This document shows, one piece after another, positions 8,523 through 16,742 of a stretch of 32,000 bases of DNA. The notes under the pieces were generated by a model that did not search any database, was not told the DNA's origin, and saw only the letters and a program-made list of their open reading frames with translations. Each line of letters begins with the position of its first letter. Within the stretch, counting starts at the first letter, position 1. The position numbers and the translations under genes were made by a program. Origin of the DNA: Trichlorobacter lovleyi SZ. Its GTDB lineage: Bacteria > Desulfobacterota > Desulfuromonadia > Geobacterales > Pseudopelobacteraceae. Location: assembly GCF_000020385.1 (NCBI RefSeq), contig NC_010814.1, positions 960,001 to 992,000 on the forward strand, read 5' to 3'.

Positions 8523-8663
8523 GAGCCTCATGCAAGACTACTGCAGAGACCGTCTACTGCGTTGCCCGGTGCTCACTCCTTCGCCTGACTACCTGTTATG
8601 TCTCTGTCGCTCCGCTCCGTGCGCCTTGTATCCGGTCTTCCTCATAACGTTTGCAAGAGGCTC
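8523..8663. repeat. Copy A of a ~140-bp intergenic repeat family with terminal inverted repeats (MITE/REP-like or structured RNA)
   Basis: Termini are GAGCCTCATGCAA ... TTGCAAGAGGCTC. By eye about 75% identical to 30120-30257. Shared blocks: CTACTGCGTT, CTCCTTCGCCT, GTTATGTCTC, CGCCTTGTATCCG, TTCATAAC. More distantly related to 26576-26697. Confidence 0.8.
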
Positions 8664-8672
8664 ATCTGCCTG

Positions 8673-9896
8673 TTATTTCTTTGATTTGACATCCATGGTT
8701 CTGAAGATGTAGGCGAACACAAAGCCCACGACGTTGATGCCGAGTGCGATCCAGAACGCCTGCTCATAGTTGCCGGTGGCAACCCGTACCTTGGCGGCGG
8801 TCAGCGGTCCGAAGATTGCGGCAAGGCTGAAGCCGATAAAGGTGATGCCGTAGTTGACGCCGAAGTTCTTCAGACCGTAGCGGTCGCTGATAATGGTCGG
8901 CATGGTGCCCATGAATCCGCCAAACACCGCACCGCATCCGATACCCGAGGCGACAAAGCCTGCCACGCTGGTGGTAAACGCCAGGTTGAGCATGGACAGG
9001 GCCGATACGATGTACATGATCATGATGGTGTTGGAACGTCCGATCCGGTCGGACAGGGCGCCAAAGCCGACACGGCCCAGGGCGTTGGCCAGGGTGATGA
9101 TACTGACGAAGAAGGCTGCGTTCATGGGGGTCAGCTTGAACATGATCTGGCCGATGGGGGAGGCGTGGGCCAGAACCATCAGGCCGGACATGGCACCGCA
9201 GAACAGCATGATCATGACCACCCACCAGATCCCTTCACTGATCATCTGGGTCCACTTGCTGTCATTGCCTGCCGGCTGTGCTGCCGTGGCTGCCACGACC
9301 GGAGGGGTCCAGCCTGCCGGTTTGTAGCCTGCCGGGGCCTTTTTGATGAACATGATACAGATGGCGATAATGATAAAGAAGGCGGTACCAAGGATCTGGA
9401 AGGTGTTGAGCACGCCGTAGTTGATGATCAGGGCGCTGGCGATCGGTGCCACCAGCATGGCGCCGCAACCGTAGCCGGCTGCACAGAGACCGGCAGCCAG
9501 TCCCCGCTTGTCAGGGAAAAATTTGACCGTGTTGCCGATGTTGCCGGCATAGATCACGCCACCGCCGATACCGGCCAGGGCGCTGTAGGTCAGGTAGAGC
9601 ATGCCGACCTGTGAAACGTAGCCGGAGAGAAACAGGCCGATGGTAAACATCAGGCCGCCGACGATAATGGTTGTTTTGGAACCCAGTTTATCCTGCAGGT
9701 AGCCGCCGCCGATCATGGCCACCGGGCTTAAACCGTGGTTGATCGTAAAGACCAGCGCCAGCGCCGGCGGAGCCCAGCCGAACAGTTTGCCCAGCGGCAT
9801 GGCGAAGACGCTCCATGCGTACAGCGTACCGATACAGATGTTGATGATTATTGCCGAGATCAGTATAAGCCATCGATTGTAGTGTTCTTCTGACAT
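8673..9896 (-). CDS. MFS transporter, oxalate/formate antiporter (OFA)-like family
   Basis: About 12-TM hydrophobic ORF. The N-terminus MSEEHYNRWLILISAIIINICIGTLYAWSVF is typical of the OFA family. I prefer ATG 9896, which has an AAGGGG RBS, over the upstream GTG at 9914 used by the track. Confidence 0.8.
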   Translation of the reverse strand: MSEEHYNRWLILISAIIINICIGTLYAWSVFAMPLGKLFGWAPPALALVFTINHGLSPVAMIGGGYLQDKLGSKTTIIVGGLMFTIGLFLSGYVSQVGMLYLTYSALAGIGGGVIYAGNIGNTVKFFPDKRGLAAGLCAAGYGCGAMLVAPIASALIINYGVLNTFQILGTAFFIIIAICIMFIKKAPAGYKPAGWTPPVVAATAAQPAGNDSKWTQMISEGIWWVVMIMLFCGAMSGLMVLAHASPIGQIMFKLTPMNAAFFVSIITLANALGRVGFGALSDRIGRSNTIMIMYIVSALSMLNLAFTTSVAGFVASGIGCGAVFGGFMGTMPTIISDRYGLKNFGVNYGITFIGFSLAAIFGPLTAAKVRVATGNYEQAFWIALGINVVGFVFAYIFRTMDVKSKK

Positions 9897-10017
9897 AAGT
9901 GTACCCCTTTGCACCTTGTGGTCCCGTATGGGTGATAGTTAGCCTTTTATGCAGATTACGTCTTTTTTCGCGTGGTACCGTGCAGGTAAGCTGTTACTCA
10001 GATGCTGTCTTGTGTTT

Positions 10018-10176
10018 AAGCCTCCAGAAGTTTGCAACCACCGGCTCAACAGAACAGGGCACCTTCATTCTCTGCGTTGGTATTTTATCATGGTGTTGCG
10101 GCTCCTTTCGTGGAGGTGTGCAGTCCTGCAAGGGTGACATCGCGCTAATCCGATTCTTGCTGCAGCGTGCTGAGGC
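10018..10176. repeat. Possible degenerate fourth copy of the intergenic repeat family, inside the OFA-transporter leader
   Basis: Imperfect termini AAGCCTCCAGAAGTTTGCAA ... TGCAGCGTGCTGAGGC. Internal blocks CTCTGCGTTGG, GCTCCTTTCG and TAATCCGATTCTTGC resemble copies A and B. Confidence 0.35.
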
Positions 10177-10265
10177 CGTTTGATGTCCGGTTCCGACAGG
10201 TGACGGCTCTGTAGCGGGAACGGCCAGCCCGGATTTGTCATGCCATCCGCCTTGTCTGCAACTTT

Positions 10266-10281
10266 AGCAACGAGTGTGCCA
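10266..10281 (-). promoter_or_regulatory. Sigma-54 (-24/-12) promoter upstream of the OFA transporter
   Basis: The minus strand reads TGGCACACTCGTTGCT, matching TGGCAC-N5-TTGCW with correct spacing. Intergenic, correct orientation, about 370 nt upstream of ATG 9896. Confidence 0.75.
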
Positions 10282-10421
10282 CTCTTGGTTGTTTGTGCAA
10301 CTGCTGGAAATTAAATGGAAAAATCTGGATTGTGGGTGGTCTTGCTTCCAGCTTTGATAAGCTGAATATCAAATTGGGAACGGTGCGTTTGGGACACTGA
10401 CGCCGGTTGGTGGCCCAGCCC

Positions 10422-10453
10422 AAAAAACAGGGGCCGGTGAGTACCGGCCCCTG
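10422..10453 (-). terminator. Rho-independent terminator of the AAHS transporter gene
   Basis: Stem CAGGGGCCGGT / ACCGGCCCCTG (11 bp, 4-nt loop), followed on the minus strand by TTTTTT. About 60 nt after the stop at 10515. Confidence 0.85.
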
Positions 10454-10514
10454 TGCGTTGGTTTGTCTGTGTGGATGTAGGCTTCAGTTTTTGAATCAAC
10501 CGGCAAAGCGGTTC

Positions 10515-11861
10515 TTACACCTCGCCACGGGCGGTTGAACGCATATGCCGCTGCAGAATGACGACGACGACGGCAATGATCAATGCGCTGCTGCCGTTGA
10601 CGGCGCAGATGTCAAACACGCTCCAGTTGCGGGCCAGATAAAATCCGCCAACGGCCGGTGCGAGGAACGAGCCGATCTTGCCGATGCCGTAGGCCCAGCC
10701 GATGCCGGTGGCCCTGATCTCTGCCGGGTAGACCGCCGATGCCAGCCCCATCAGTGCGGAGTTGCCGCCGTTCACAAAAAGCCCGGCCAGTACGGAAACC
10801 ACGATGACCACGGCAAAGGGGTAGCCTGAAGAGAAGTAGCCGAACGCCAGCATGGCAAAGAAGGCGGCCAGGAAGACGTATTTCACGACATTCAGCTTGT
10901 TGTATTTGTCCATACAGCGGCCGATGCAGAGTATAGCCACAACAGAGCCAAGGTGAATGAAGGCAAAGCCGATGCTGTACTGCTGGACCGACGCACCGCT
11001 CTTCTTGAGCAGGGTGGGTACCCAGGAAAAGAGGATCCAGAGCAGATAGAAGCTCATGTAGAACAGGATCCAGAGCAGTATGGTCGTCAGCAGGCGGTGG
11101 TCGGTAAACAGTGACTTGAGGGAACCGCCTTTTTCCTTGGTCTGGCTGGTGACCGTCAGTTCGATATCTGCGGAGAGCGGTGATGATCTGTCAATCCGTG
11201 CCAGAATTTCACGGGCCTTGGCAATGGATTTGGCTGTTCCGGTCCTGACCAGGTGGTGCAGGGAATCAGGCAACAGCAACAGGATCAGCAGCGCAATCGC
11301 CACCGGCGCGATCCCCCCCACGATGAAGACCGATTGCCAGCCGTAGTGGGGCAGCAGCCAGGAAGCGGCAAATCCTGCGATCATGGCACCGCAGGGCATG
11401 CCGGCCCACATATAGAGGGAAAGTGAGGTGCGGATTCTGGCTGGAGCATATTCACTGCCGAAGGCCAGGGCGTTGGGGATGGCGCCACCCATGCCGAGGC
11501 CGGCCAGAAAACGGTAGGCTGCCAGTTCTTCGACACTGGTGATATGGGTGGTCATGTAGGTGAAAAAACCAAAGACAATGGCTGAGCAGAACATGGTCTT
11601 CTTGCGTCCGACACGGTCAGCCAGCATGCCCAGCAGTACCGCGCCGATCATGGGCCCCAGCTGTCCGGCACTTAATGCCAACCCCAGTTCGCTCGGCTTG
11701 GCGTTCAGATGCTCGGCGATCTTGGGTAGTGCCACTCCGATGACCGTCAGGTCAAAGCCGTCAAGAAAGACGATACAGAAACAGAGTAGGCAAACTGCTG
11801 TTTGGTAAGGTGAAAAAGGAATATTATCGAATACTTCATTAACGTTCACAGACCTGCTCAC
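10515..11861 (-). CDS. MFS transporter, aromatic acid:H+ symporter (AAHS; PcaK/MhpT/BenK-like) family
   Basis: 448-aa 12-TM ORF. The N-terminus ..FSPYQTAVCLLCFCIVFLDGFDLTVIGVALPKIAEHL, followed by GMLADRVGRKK, is typical of AAHS-family transporters. Confidence 0.8.
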   Translation of the reverse strand: MSRSVNVNEVFDNIPFSPYQTAVCLLCFCIVFLDGFDLTVIGVALPKIAEHLNAKPSELGLALSAGQLGPMIGAVLLGMLADRVGRKKTMFCSAIVFGFFTYMTTHITSVEELAAYRFLAGLGMGGAIPNALAFGSEYAPARIRTSLSLYMWAGMPCGAMIAGFAASWLLPHYGWQSVFIVGGIAPVAIALLILLLLPDSLHHLVRTGTAKSIAKAREILARIDRSSPLSADIELTVTSQTKEKGGSLKSLFTDHRLLTTILLWILFYMSFYLLWILFSWVPTLLKKSGASVQQYSIGFAFIHLGSVVAILCIGRCMDKYNKLNVVKYVFLAAFFAMLAFGYFSSGYPFAVVIVVSVLAGLFVNGGNSALMGLASAVYPAEIRATGIGWAYGIGKIGSFLAPAVGGFYLARNWSVFDICAVNGSSALIIAVVVVILQRHMRSTARGEV

Positions 11862-12007
11862 GTGTGACCTCCCTCAAATCGTATTCCGGTTCATTAGCCT
11901 CTTTGCACTGATGAGGCTCAGCTGGAGAAAAGCTGCATGGCAATCTTTCGATACGGTCTTGCAACATCTTGAACGGATTCGCGCGAAAATCGGTTAATGA
12001 GAGGGTC

Positions 12008-12023
12008 AGCAAGAACGGTGCCA
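12008..12023 (-). promoter_or_regulatory. Sigma-54 (-24/-12) promoter upstream of the AAHS transporter
   Basis: The minus strand reads TGGCACCGTTCTTGCT, a full consensus match, about 147 nt upstream of ATG 11861. A perfect palindrome GTTGCAAAAATGCAAC abuts it on the upstream side. Confidence 0.8.
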
Positions 12024-12182
12024 TTGTTGCAAAAATGCAACTTATCGATTTGATGAGTTTTATTCAAGCAATAAAGTGGGGGCGCTGTCAAGAATGAGAA
12101 GAATCTTCTCGAATTGATTTTAATGGAAAGCTGCGGAAATCTGTAAACAGAATTACGGCTGGAATGAAGCGGGAGGCAGGTC

Positions 12183-12845
12183 TTAATGGTGTTCTTGCCA
12201 GTATTGAAACTCAAAGTCCCAGTCATCCTTGCGGGATTCCACCAGCCGCTTCATGCGGGCCTTGAAACTGCCCCGGTAACCGGCCTGATCAGGAAAGTGG
12301 TTCTGCTCCCGGATGCAGCGGCAGAGTTCGCTGCCCAGTTCCCGTGCCTTGTCAAAGAGTTCAGCCTGTTTGGGGAAACTGCGCCTGCCGCTTACCTGGG
12401 AGCTGACTGACCCCACTGACTGGGCACCGGTAGAGTTGATGAAACGGACCATGTAGCGCAGCAGTTCATCGTGCTCTGCGCCACCGGAGGTTACGGCCAC
12501 TGCCCCGTACTTGCCCTCAAGCGCCAGGCAGTGGATCAGGCTGCTGCTGCGGTCAAACAGGGTCTTCAGCTGGGCGGTGACACTGAAGATATAGTTGGGG
12601 CTGGCCAGGACAAAGCCGTCGCAGGTCAGCAGGCTGGTCTTGATCATCTCGTAGTCGTCCGGCAGACGGCAGCTGCCGTTCTTGTGACAGGCATCGCAGC
12701 CGAGGCAGGGCTGCAGGTGCAGCGTTGAGAGGTCAATCAGCTCCAGCTCCGCCGCGGCTCCAAGACCGGCCATGACCTCTTCCACCAGGCGGCCGGTATT
12801 GCCGTGCATGCCATGGGGACTGCCTATGATAACGGTGATCTTCAC
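12183..12845 (-). CDS. Iron-sulfur flavoprotein (Isf-like; flavodoxin-fold FMN reductase family with compact 4-Cys motif)
   Basis: 220-aa ORF with a GTG start and an AAGGAAG RBS. MKITVIIGSPHGMHGNTG is the flavodoxin-like FMN loop. CLGCDACHKNGSC is the CX2CX2CX5C motif characteristic of Isf [4Fe-4S] sites. Confidence 0.75.
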   Translation of the reverse strand: MKITVIIGSPHGMHGNTGRLVEEVMAGLGAAAELELIDLSTLHLQPCLGCDACHKNGSCRLPDDYEMIKTSLLTCDGFVLASPNYIFSVTAQLKTLFDRSSSLIHCLALEGKYGAVAVTSGGAEHDELLRYMVRFINSTGAQSVGSVSSQVSGRRSFPKQAELFDKARELGSELCRCIREQNHFPDQAGYRGSFKARMKRLVESRKDDWDFEFQYWQEHH

Positions 12846-13024
12846 GTCTGTCTTCCTTGGTGTCAGCCTGCCTGTAATCCTATGCCATTCCTGGCGATTG
12901 ATCCGGGCGAAGCAGATTGCGGGGCTTGTGGCCGGTGCAATCTGCCGTGCCGGGATGCGTGCAGCGGGTTGTCTGTTTCCCGCCCCTGAACGTCTTCAGG
13001 AGCGGGAAGCAGGGTCTCTATGGT

Positions 13025-14731
13025 TCAGGGGGTATCCAGTTGATAGAGACGCAGGGCTGCCTTGCGGTCTGCCACAGGGCTGGTTTTGGGGAACGCCACG
13101 ACGCTGAGCAGTCTGGCCTTTTCGCCTGCCTTGCCCGGCATCAGTTTGAAGTCGGCCAGGTAGCTCTTGTCAGGTGCGGTATGCCAGACCTCGCGCAGTT
13201 CCTTGCCGTTCCAGTGCAGTCGCTTGATTTCTGACTTGAGGTACATCTTGAAGCGGGCCAGGAAGCTCAGGCCACTGTTGGCGCTGACCAGGATGTCGCC
13301 CTGATCGGATGCCTCGATCCGTGCCTTGAGATAGACCTCGCGGCTCTCTCCGCCGCTGGGCACGTCGTCGTTCATGGTGAAGTAGGATTCGGTCCCGCCC
13401 AGCGCATCCACGCTGTCGGCCAGTTCTTCTCCCTCAGGGGTGACGATTGAGAGGTAGCCGTCATCATTCAGATAGGCGATCAGCTTGCGCCCCTGACTGG
13501 TGAACGGGGCAAAGCCGTACAGATTGATCCGTCTGGGCAGTGACAGTTTTGCACCGGCAGTCAGGCGGTCTCCTGAGCGCTTGACCCGGAAGACCGGGCC
13601 GGCAAACTCACGTCCCAGGCTGTCATACTCCTGGGCCAGCAGCACGTCCCCTTCGCCGGGCAGTGCAACCCGGCGCAGATGCCAGGGAATCTTGGTGATG
13701 GTTGTCCGGTAGCGCCCGTCGCGGAATTCAATGCTGATACCGGCCGGGTTGCCGTTGCTGTTCATGGCTGATACATACAGTTCAGGGCGTCCGTTGGGAA
13801 GGAGATCAACAGCATCAAGGGCATAGGCCAAGCTGCCTGCGGCAAGCCGGACAGTGCCCAGTCCCTGGTACCCCTCAGGGCCCAGACGTCCGATTTCAAT
13901 CCGGTCGCTGTAGGCAATGGCCACTTCCGGTCGTCCGTCGCCGTCGAAATCGCCCGCCTCAACCCCCACCGGCGTTCCCTTCAGGCCAGTGTAGCTCCAG
14001 ATCGGTTCACCGCCGGCCAGAACAGCGCCACCTGCGGTCACCGGCGGCAGTACCGCAAGTGCAGACGCCGCTGTCGGTGCTGCTGTTGCTGCCGGTGCCG
14101 GCTGACTGGGCTGGGGTGATGTGGTGGTTGGGTAGCTGTGGATCAACTCGAAATCCGGTGCGCGTACTTCAACTGCCTGGCTGGTCAGGATAAAGTAGAG
14201 TGCCGGGCTGAATGTGGCGGGCCGGGCCGGGCTTGCCGGACGTTTCTGCTGGGCAGCGGCATAGTCCTGCCAGTTCAGATGCGGCAGCGCGGTTTGCAGT
14301 TCTTTGGCCAGCTGTTCTCCCTGGCCGGTGTAATCCCACACTATGGCCGGAATGTCCTGAAAACGATGGATCACGTCACCGCGCTTGACCCCTGCAACAG
14401 TCCCGACCGGGCGACTGTGGGAATAGCCTTGCTTCAGACGGATCAGCCGCAGTAGTCCTTTGCGTGTTTCCTCGGTTCCCAGCACCTTCCCGGTGACCGG
14501 GTGCGTAATCGTGGCGCCCGGGCCGACAACGGTGAACAGATCACCGACGGCAACACCCTGGCCGATCCCCAGGTCAATCAGATACTCTTCTCCGCTGGAT
14601 TGCACGACATATCCCGAGAGCGGTGTGAAATCACGAACAACCTGGTCCGGTAGTGACGTTGCGGCGAAACTGCAGGTGGCGGCTGCCAGCAGCAGTAGGA
14701 CTGTGCAGGCCGTTTTCAAAATGGTAAACAT
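13025..14731 (-). CDS. Exported hypothetical protein: N-terminal beta-rich domain, Pro/Ala linker, FG-GAP/VCBS-like repeat region
   Basis: I place the start at ATG 14731 (MFTILKTACTVLLLLAAATCSFAA, a signal peptide) with a GGAGGG RBS. The track's 50-aa N-terminal extension is unlikely. DFDGDGRPEVAIAYSDRIEIG is FG-GAP-like. There is a PAPAATAAPTAAS linker. Confidence 0.7.
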   Translation of the reverse strand: MFTILKTACTVLLLLAAATCSFAATSLPDQVVRDFTPLSGYVVQSSGEEYLIDLGIGQGVAVGDLFTVVGPGATITHPVTGKVLGTEETRKGLLRLIRLKQGYSHSRPVGTVAGVKRGDVIHRFQDIPAIVWDYTGQGEQLAKELQTALPHLNWQDYAAAQQKRPASPARPATFSPALYFILTSQAVEVRAPDFELIHSYPTTTSPQPSQPAPAATAAPTAASALAVLPPVTAGGAVLAGGEPIWSYTGLKGTPVGVEAGDFDGDGRPEVAIAYSDRIEIGRLGPEGYQGLGTVRLAAGSLAYALDAVDLLPNGRPELYVSAMNSNGNPAGISIEFRDGRYRTTITKIPWHLRRVALPGEGDVLLAQEYDSLGREFAGPVFRVKRSGDRLTAGAKLSLPRRINLYGFAPFTSQGRKLIAYLNDDGYLSIVTPEGEELADSVDALGGTESYFTMNDDVPSGGESREVYLKARIEASDQGDILVSANSGLSFLARFKMYLKSEIKRLHWNGKELREVWHTAPDKSYLADFKLMPGKAGEKARLLSVVAFPKTSPVADRKAALRLYQLDTP

Positions 14732-14862
14732 AGGTTCCCTCCTTCGTGTTTGTGCAGTCCCTGCCGGGCAGGTACTGCAGAGGCCACTTCCCCGTGTGGC
14801 TGTTGAGCAGGAGGCCAGCCGTGCCGAAGCAACGCCGGTCTGACCTCCCTGTCTGCTTGCTG

Positions 14863-16023
14863 CTAGAATTTCATTTCCCACTTGACACCGGCAGCATAGA
14901 TCTGGGGCTCACGTGCCCCGGCTGCACTGCGCAGGTCATTCAGGTAGGTGAATTCCGGCACGACATTGAAGTTCTTGGTTACGGCATACTGCAGGTTGGC
15001 AAAGGCGGCCATCCGGTCATCGGTTGCCCGTCCACGCATCTCGTTGGACTCATAGGCCACACCGGTAAACATTTTGATCTTGTTGTTCAGTTTATAGCCG
15101 ATCTGTCCCCAACCGCCATAGGTGTAAGCGTTTTTACCGGTGGCAGAGCTGTTGTTGTAGAAGGAACCGGCCGCTGCAGCAGCGTTGTTCATCAGGTTGC
15201 CGATGTTTTGTCCCGTGTGACCCGCAACTTTGATTTCAATCGGGGCCAGATCGATCATGGCATGCGCAAAGCCCAGGTAGGAGTAAATTTCATCCTTGCC
15301 GGTCTGTACGTTGCCGGCCACGGTCCGTATCTTGTAGTAGTTACCGGCCACGCCGCCGCCGTAGGTCACGATGCCGGCCTTGCCTTCATAACCGGCAATG
15401 GTCTTGGGCATAAAGGTGTCGTAATCGGTATAGCCGGTTGAGTAAACCGTACTGGTCAGGTTGGTCGGGGTGCCTGACCAGCTGTTGCCGGTGTTGGTGG
15501 TAAAGGCGTTGGTGGCACTGATGCCGTTCAGGCCGACCGTTGCCTGCTTCATCAGGGTCAGGTAAAAACCGTTGTTCATGGTCAGCTTGATCTGGGCATA
15601 GCGACCATCCCAGAGAGAGGCATAACCGTTAAAACCGCCGTCGGCATCATAGACCTGCTCAGAACGGTAGACATAGGGGCTGGGGGCATAGCCGACCCGC
15701 AGCTTGCCGTTGCCGAAGTTCCATTCACCGAACAACAGCCGCAACTCTACGCCACCGGCACGGTTTTTGGGGTTGTAGGCACCCATTTCGGCAACACCTG
15801 AAAAATCACCCTCTTTCACCCGCATACCCACTAGGCTGTCCCCTTGCAGGTCCAGGGTGAAGTCAGCATCATGCAGAGGGTTCGTGCCATTGTAGTAGGT
15901 ACTTGAGGTCCACCAAGTTGCCACCCGGATTGCTCCGTAGGGGGTGACATCCAATGCCATGGCAGGTGCTGACAGGCCAAGGGCTGCTGCGATGAGCGAT
16001 GCGCTGATGATACGTTTCTTCAT
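14863..16023 (-). CDS. Outer-membrane beta-barrel porin-like protein
   Basis: Signal peptide MKKRIISASLIAAALGLSAPAMA. Alternating amphipathic, Gly/Tyr/Asn-rich strands. C-terminal ..YAAGVKWEMKF with a terminal Phe typical of OMPs. Strong RBS AAGGAGGAG. Confidence 0.75.
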   Translation of the reverse strand: MKKRIISASLIAAALGLSAPAMALDVTPYGAIRVATWWTSSTYYNGTNPLHDADFTLDLQGDSLVGMRVKEGDFSGVAEMGAYNPKNRAGGVELRLLFGEWNFGNGKLRVGYAPSPYVYRSEQVYDADGGFNGYASLWDGRYAQIKLTMNNGFYLTLMKQATVGLNGISATNAFTTNTGNSWSGTPTNLTSTVYSTGYTDYDTFMPKTIAGYEGKAGIVTYGGGVAGNYYKIRTVAGNVQTGKDEIYSYLGFAHAMIDLAPIEIKVAGHTGQNIGNLMNNAAAAAGSFYNNSSATGKNAYTYGGWGQIGYKLNNKIKMFTGVAYESNEMRGRATDDRMAAFANLQYAVTKNFNVVPEFTYLNDLRSAAGAREPQIYAAGVKWEMKF

Positions 16024-16362
16024 GCTGTGCTCCTCCTTGCTTCAAGTAAGTGATCGCTGCCCTCGAAAGGGCGCGGTAGTATCGCCACGCCAGGCGTGGT
16101 CATGCGGTTACTGACTTACTCCGCAGGCACCGGCTGCGTGCCCGACGGTACTTTTTACAACTCACCTCCTCTCCCCTGAAATGTCGTCATATGAAGAACC
16201 GGCTGCTGCCGGATTGCGTTCCTTCTCTCATTAGTAGCGCCATGTGCGTGAAACGGCTGAGGCCGAGAGAAGGAGGGGGAATCCCTGCGTCTGCACCCTT
16301 CACGCACATGGCACGGGCCGGACTGTCCGGCGATGCTTAGACGCCGGCTTGGAGAGCTGGTT

Positions 16363-16378
16363 TGCAGTCGCCGTGCCA
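16363..16378 (-). promoter_or_regulatory. Sigma-54 (-24/-12) promoter upstream of the porin/FG-GAP unit
   Basis: The minus strand reads TGGCACGGCGACTGCA. Intergenic, correct orientation, about 340 nt upstream of the porin ATG at 16023. Confidence 0.7.
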
Positions 16379-16742
16379 TAGTGGTTATTTGTTGAAATTC
16401 TAGCTAAATCAGTATCTTGCGATGATGGTTGTTTGATTTGATCTTGTCGGTTTGATGTGTGGGGCTTTCATTATGAGAAGGTTTAGTTCTGAATTGAACG
16501 GTCTGTTGCGGGTAGGTCATTCTCATTTCAGGAGGGGGGGACTGCTCTGTTTCGCTACAAAAACATAGCGTCTTCTGAATACAGGGGCGCTGGCCGGTAG
16601 ATCTCAATGCTGCTGCAGCTCATTCAGCTAACAGGGGAAAATCAGCAACCGGGACAGCCCTGAAGAAAAGGGACTGCCCCGGTCAGATTTGAGGCGGGAG
16701 TGATGGCAGGTGGCGCGGGTATAGCGATGACCATTGACGGTC

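Noticed and set aside
8509-8712. 67-aa plus-strand ORF spanning repeat copy A, and the similar ORF at 29875-30240 over copy B
   Set aside because: The reading frames are not conserved between repeat copies, since indels break the frame. There is no RBS. The similarity is at the nucleotide level, consistent with a non-coding element.
11896-11918. Short hairpin AGCCTC-N11-GAGGCT in the AAHS transporter leader, resembling the joined termini of the repeat family
   Set aside because: The stem is only 6 bp and shares no internal blocks with the family. The similarity to the repeat termini could be coincidental.
12936-12952. CGGCACGGCAGATTGCA on the minus strand upstream of the iron-sulfur flavoprotein gene
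   Set aside because: The GG-to-GC spacing is one nucleotide longer than canonical and the first base deviates. It also sits within a hairpin-forming repeat (GCAGATTGC..GCAATCTGC). It is not called as a promoter.
14732-14881. N-terminal extensions in the ORF track: 50 aa on the FG-GAP protein, 27 aa on the flavoprotein (19258-19338), 9 aa on the FeS subunit (6166-6192), 16 aa on fba (25549-25596)
   Set aside because: Internal ATG or GTG starts with good Shine-Dalgarno sequences give proper signal peptides or N-termini and remove overlaps with upstream genes. The extensions are Arg/Ala/Gly-rich and non-homologous.
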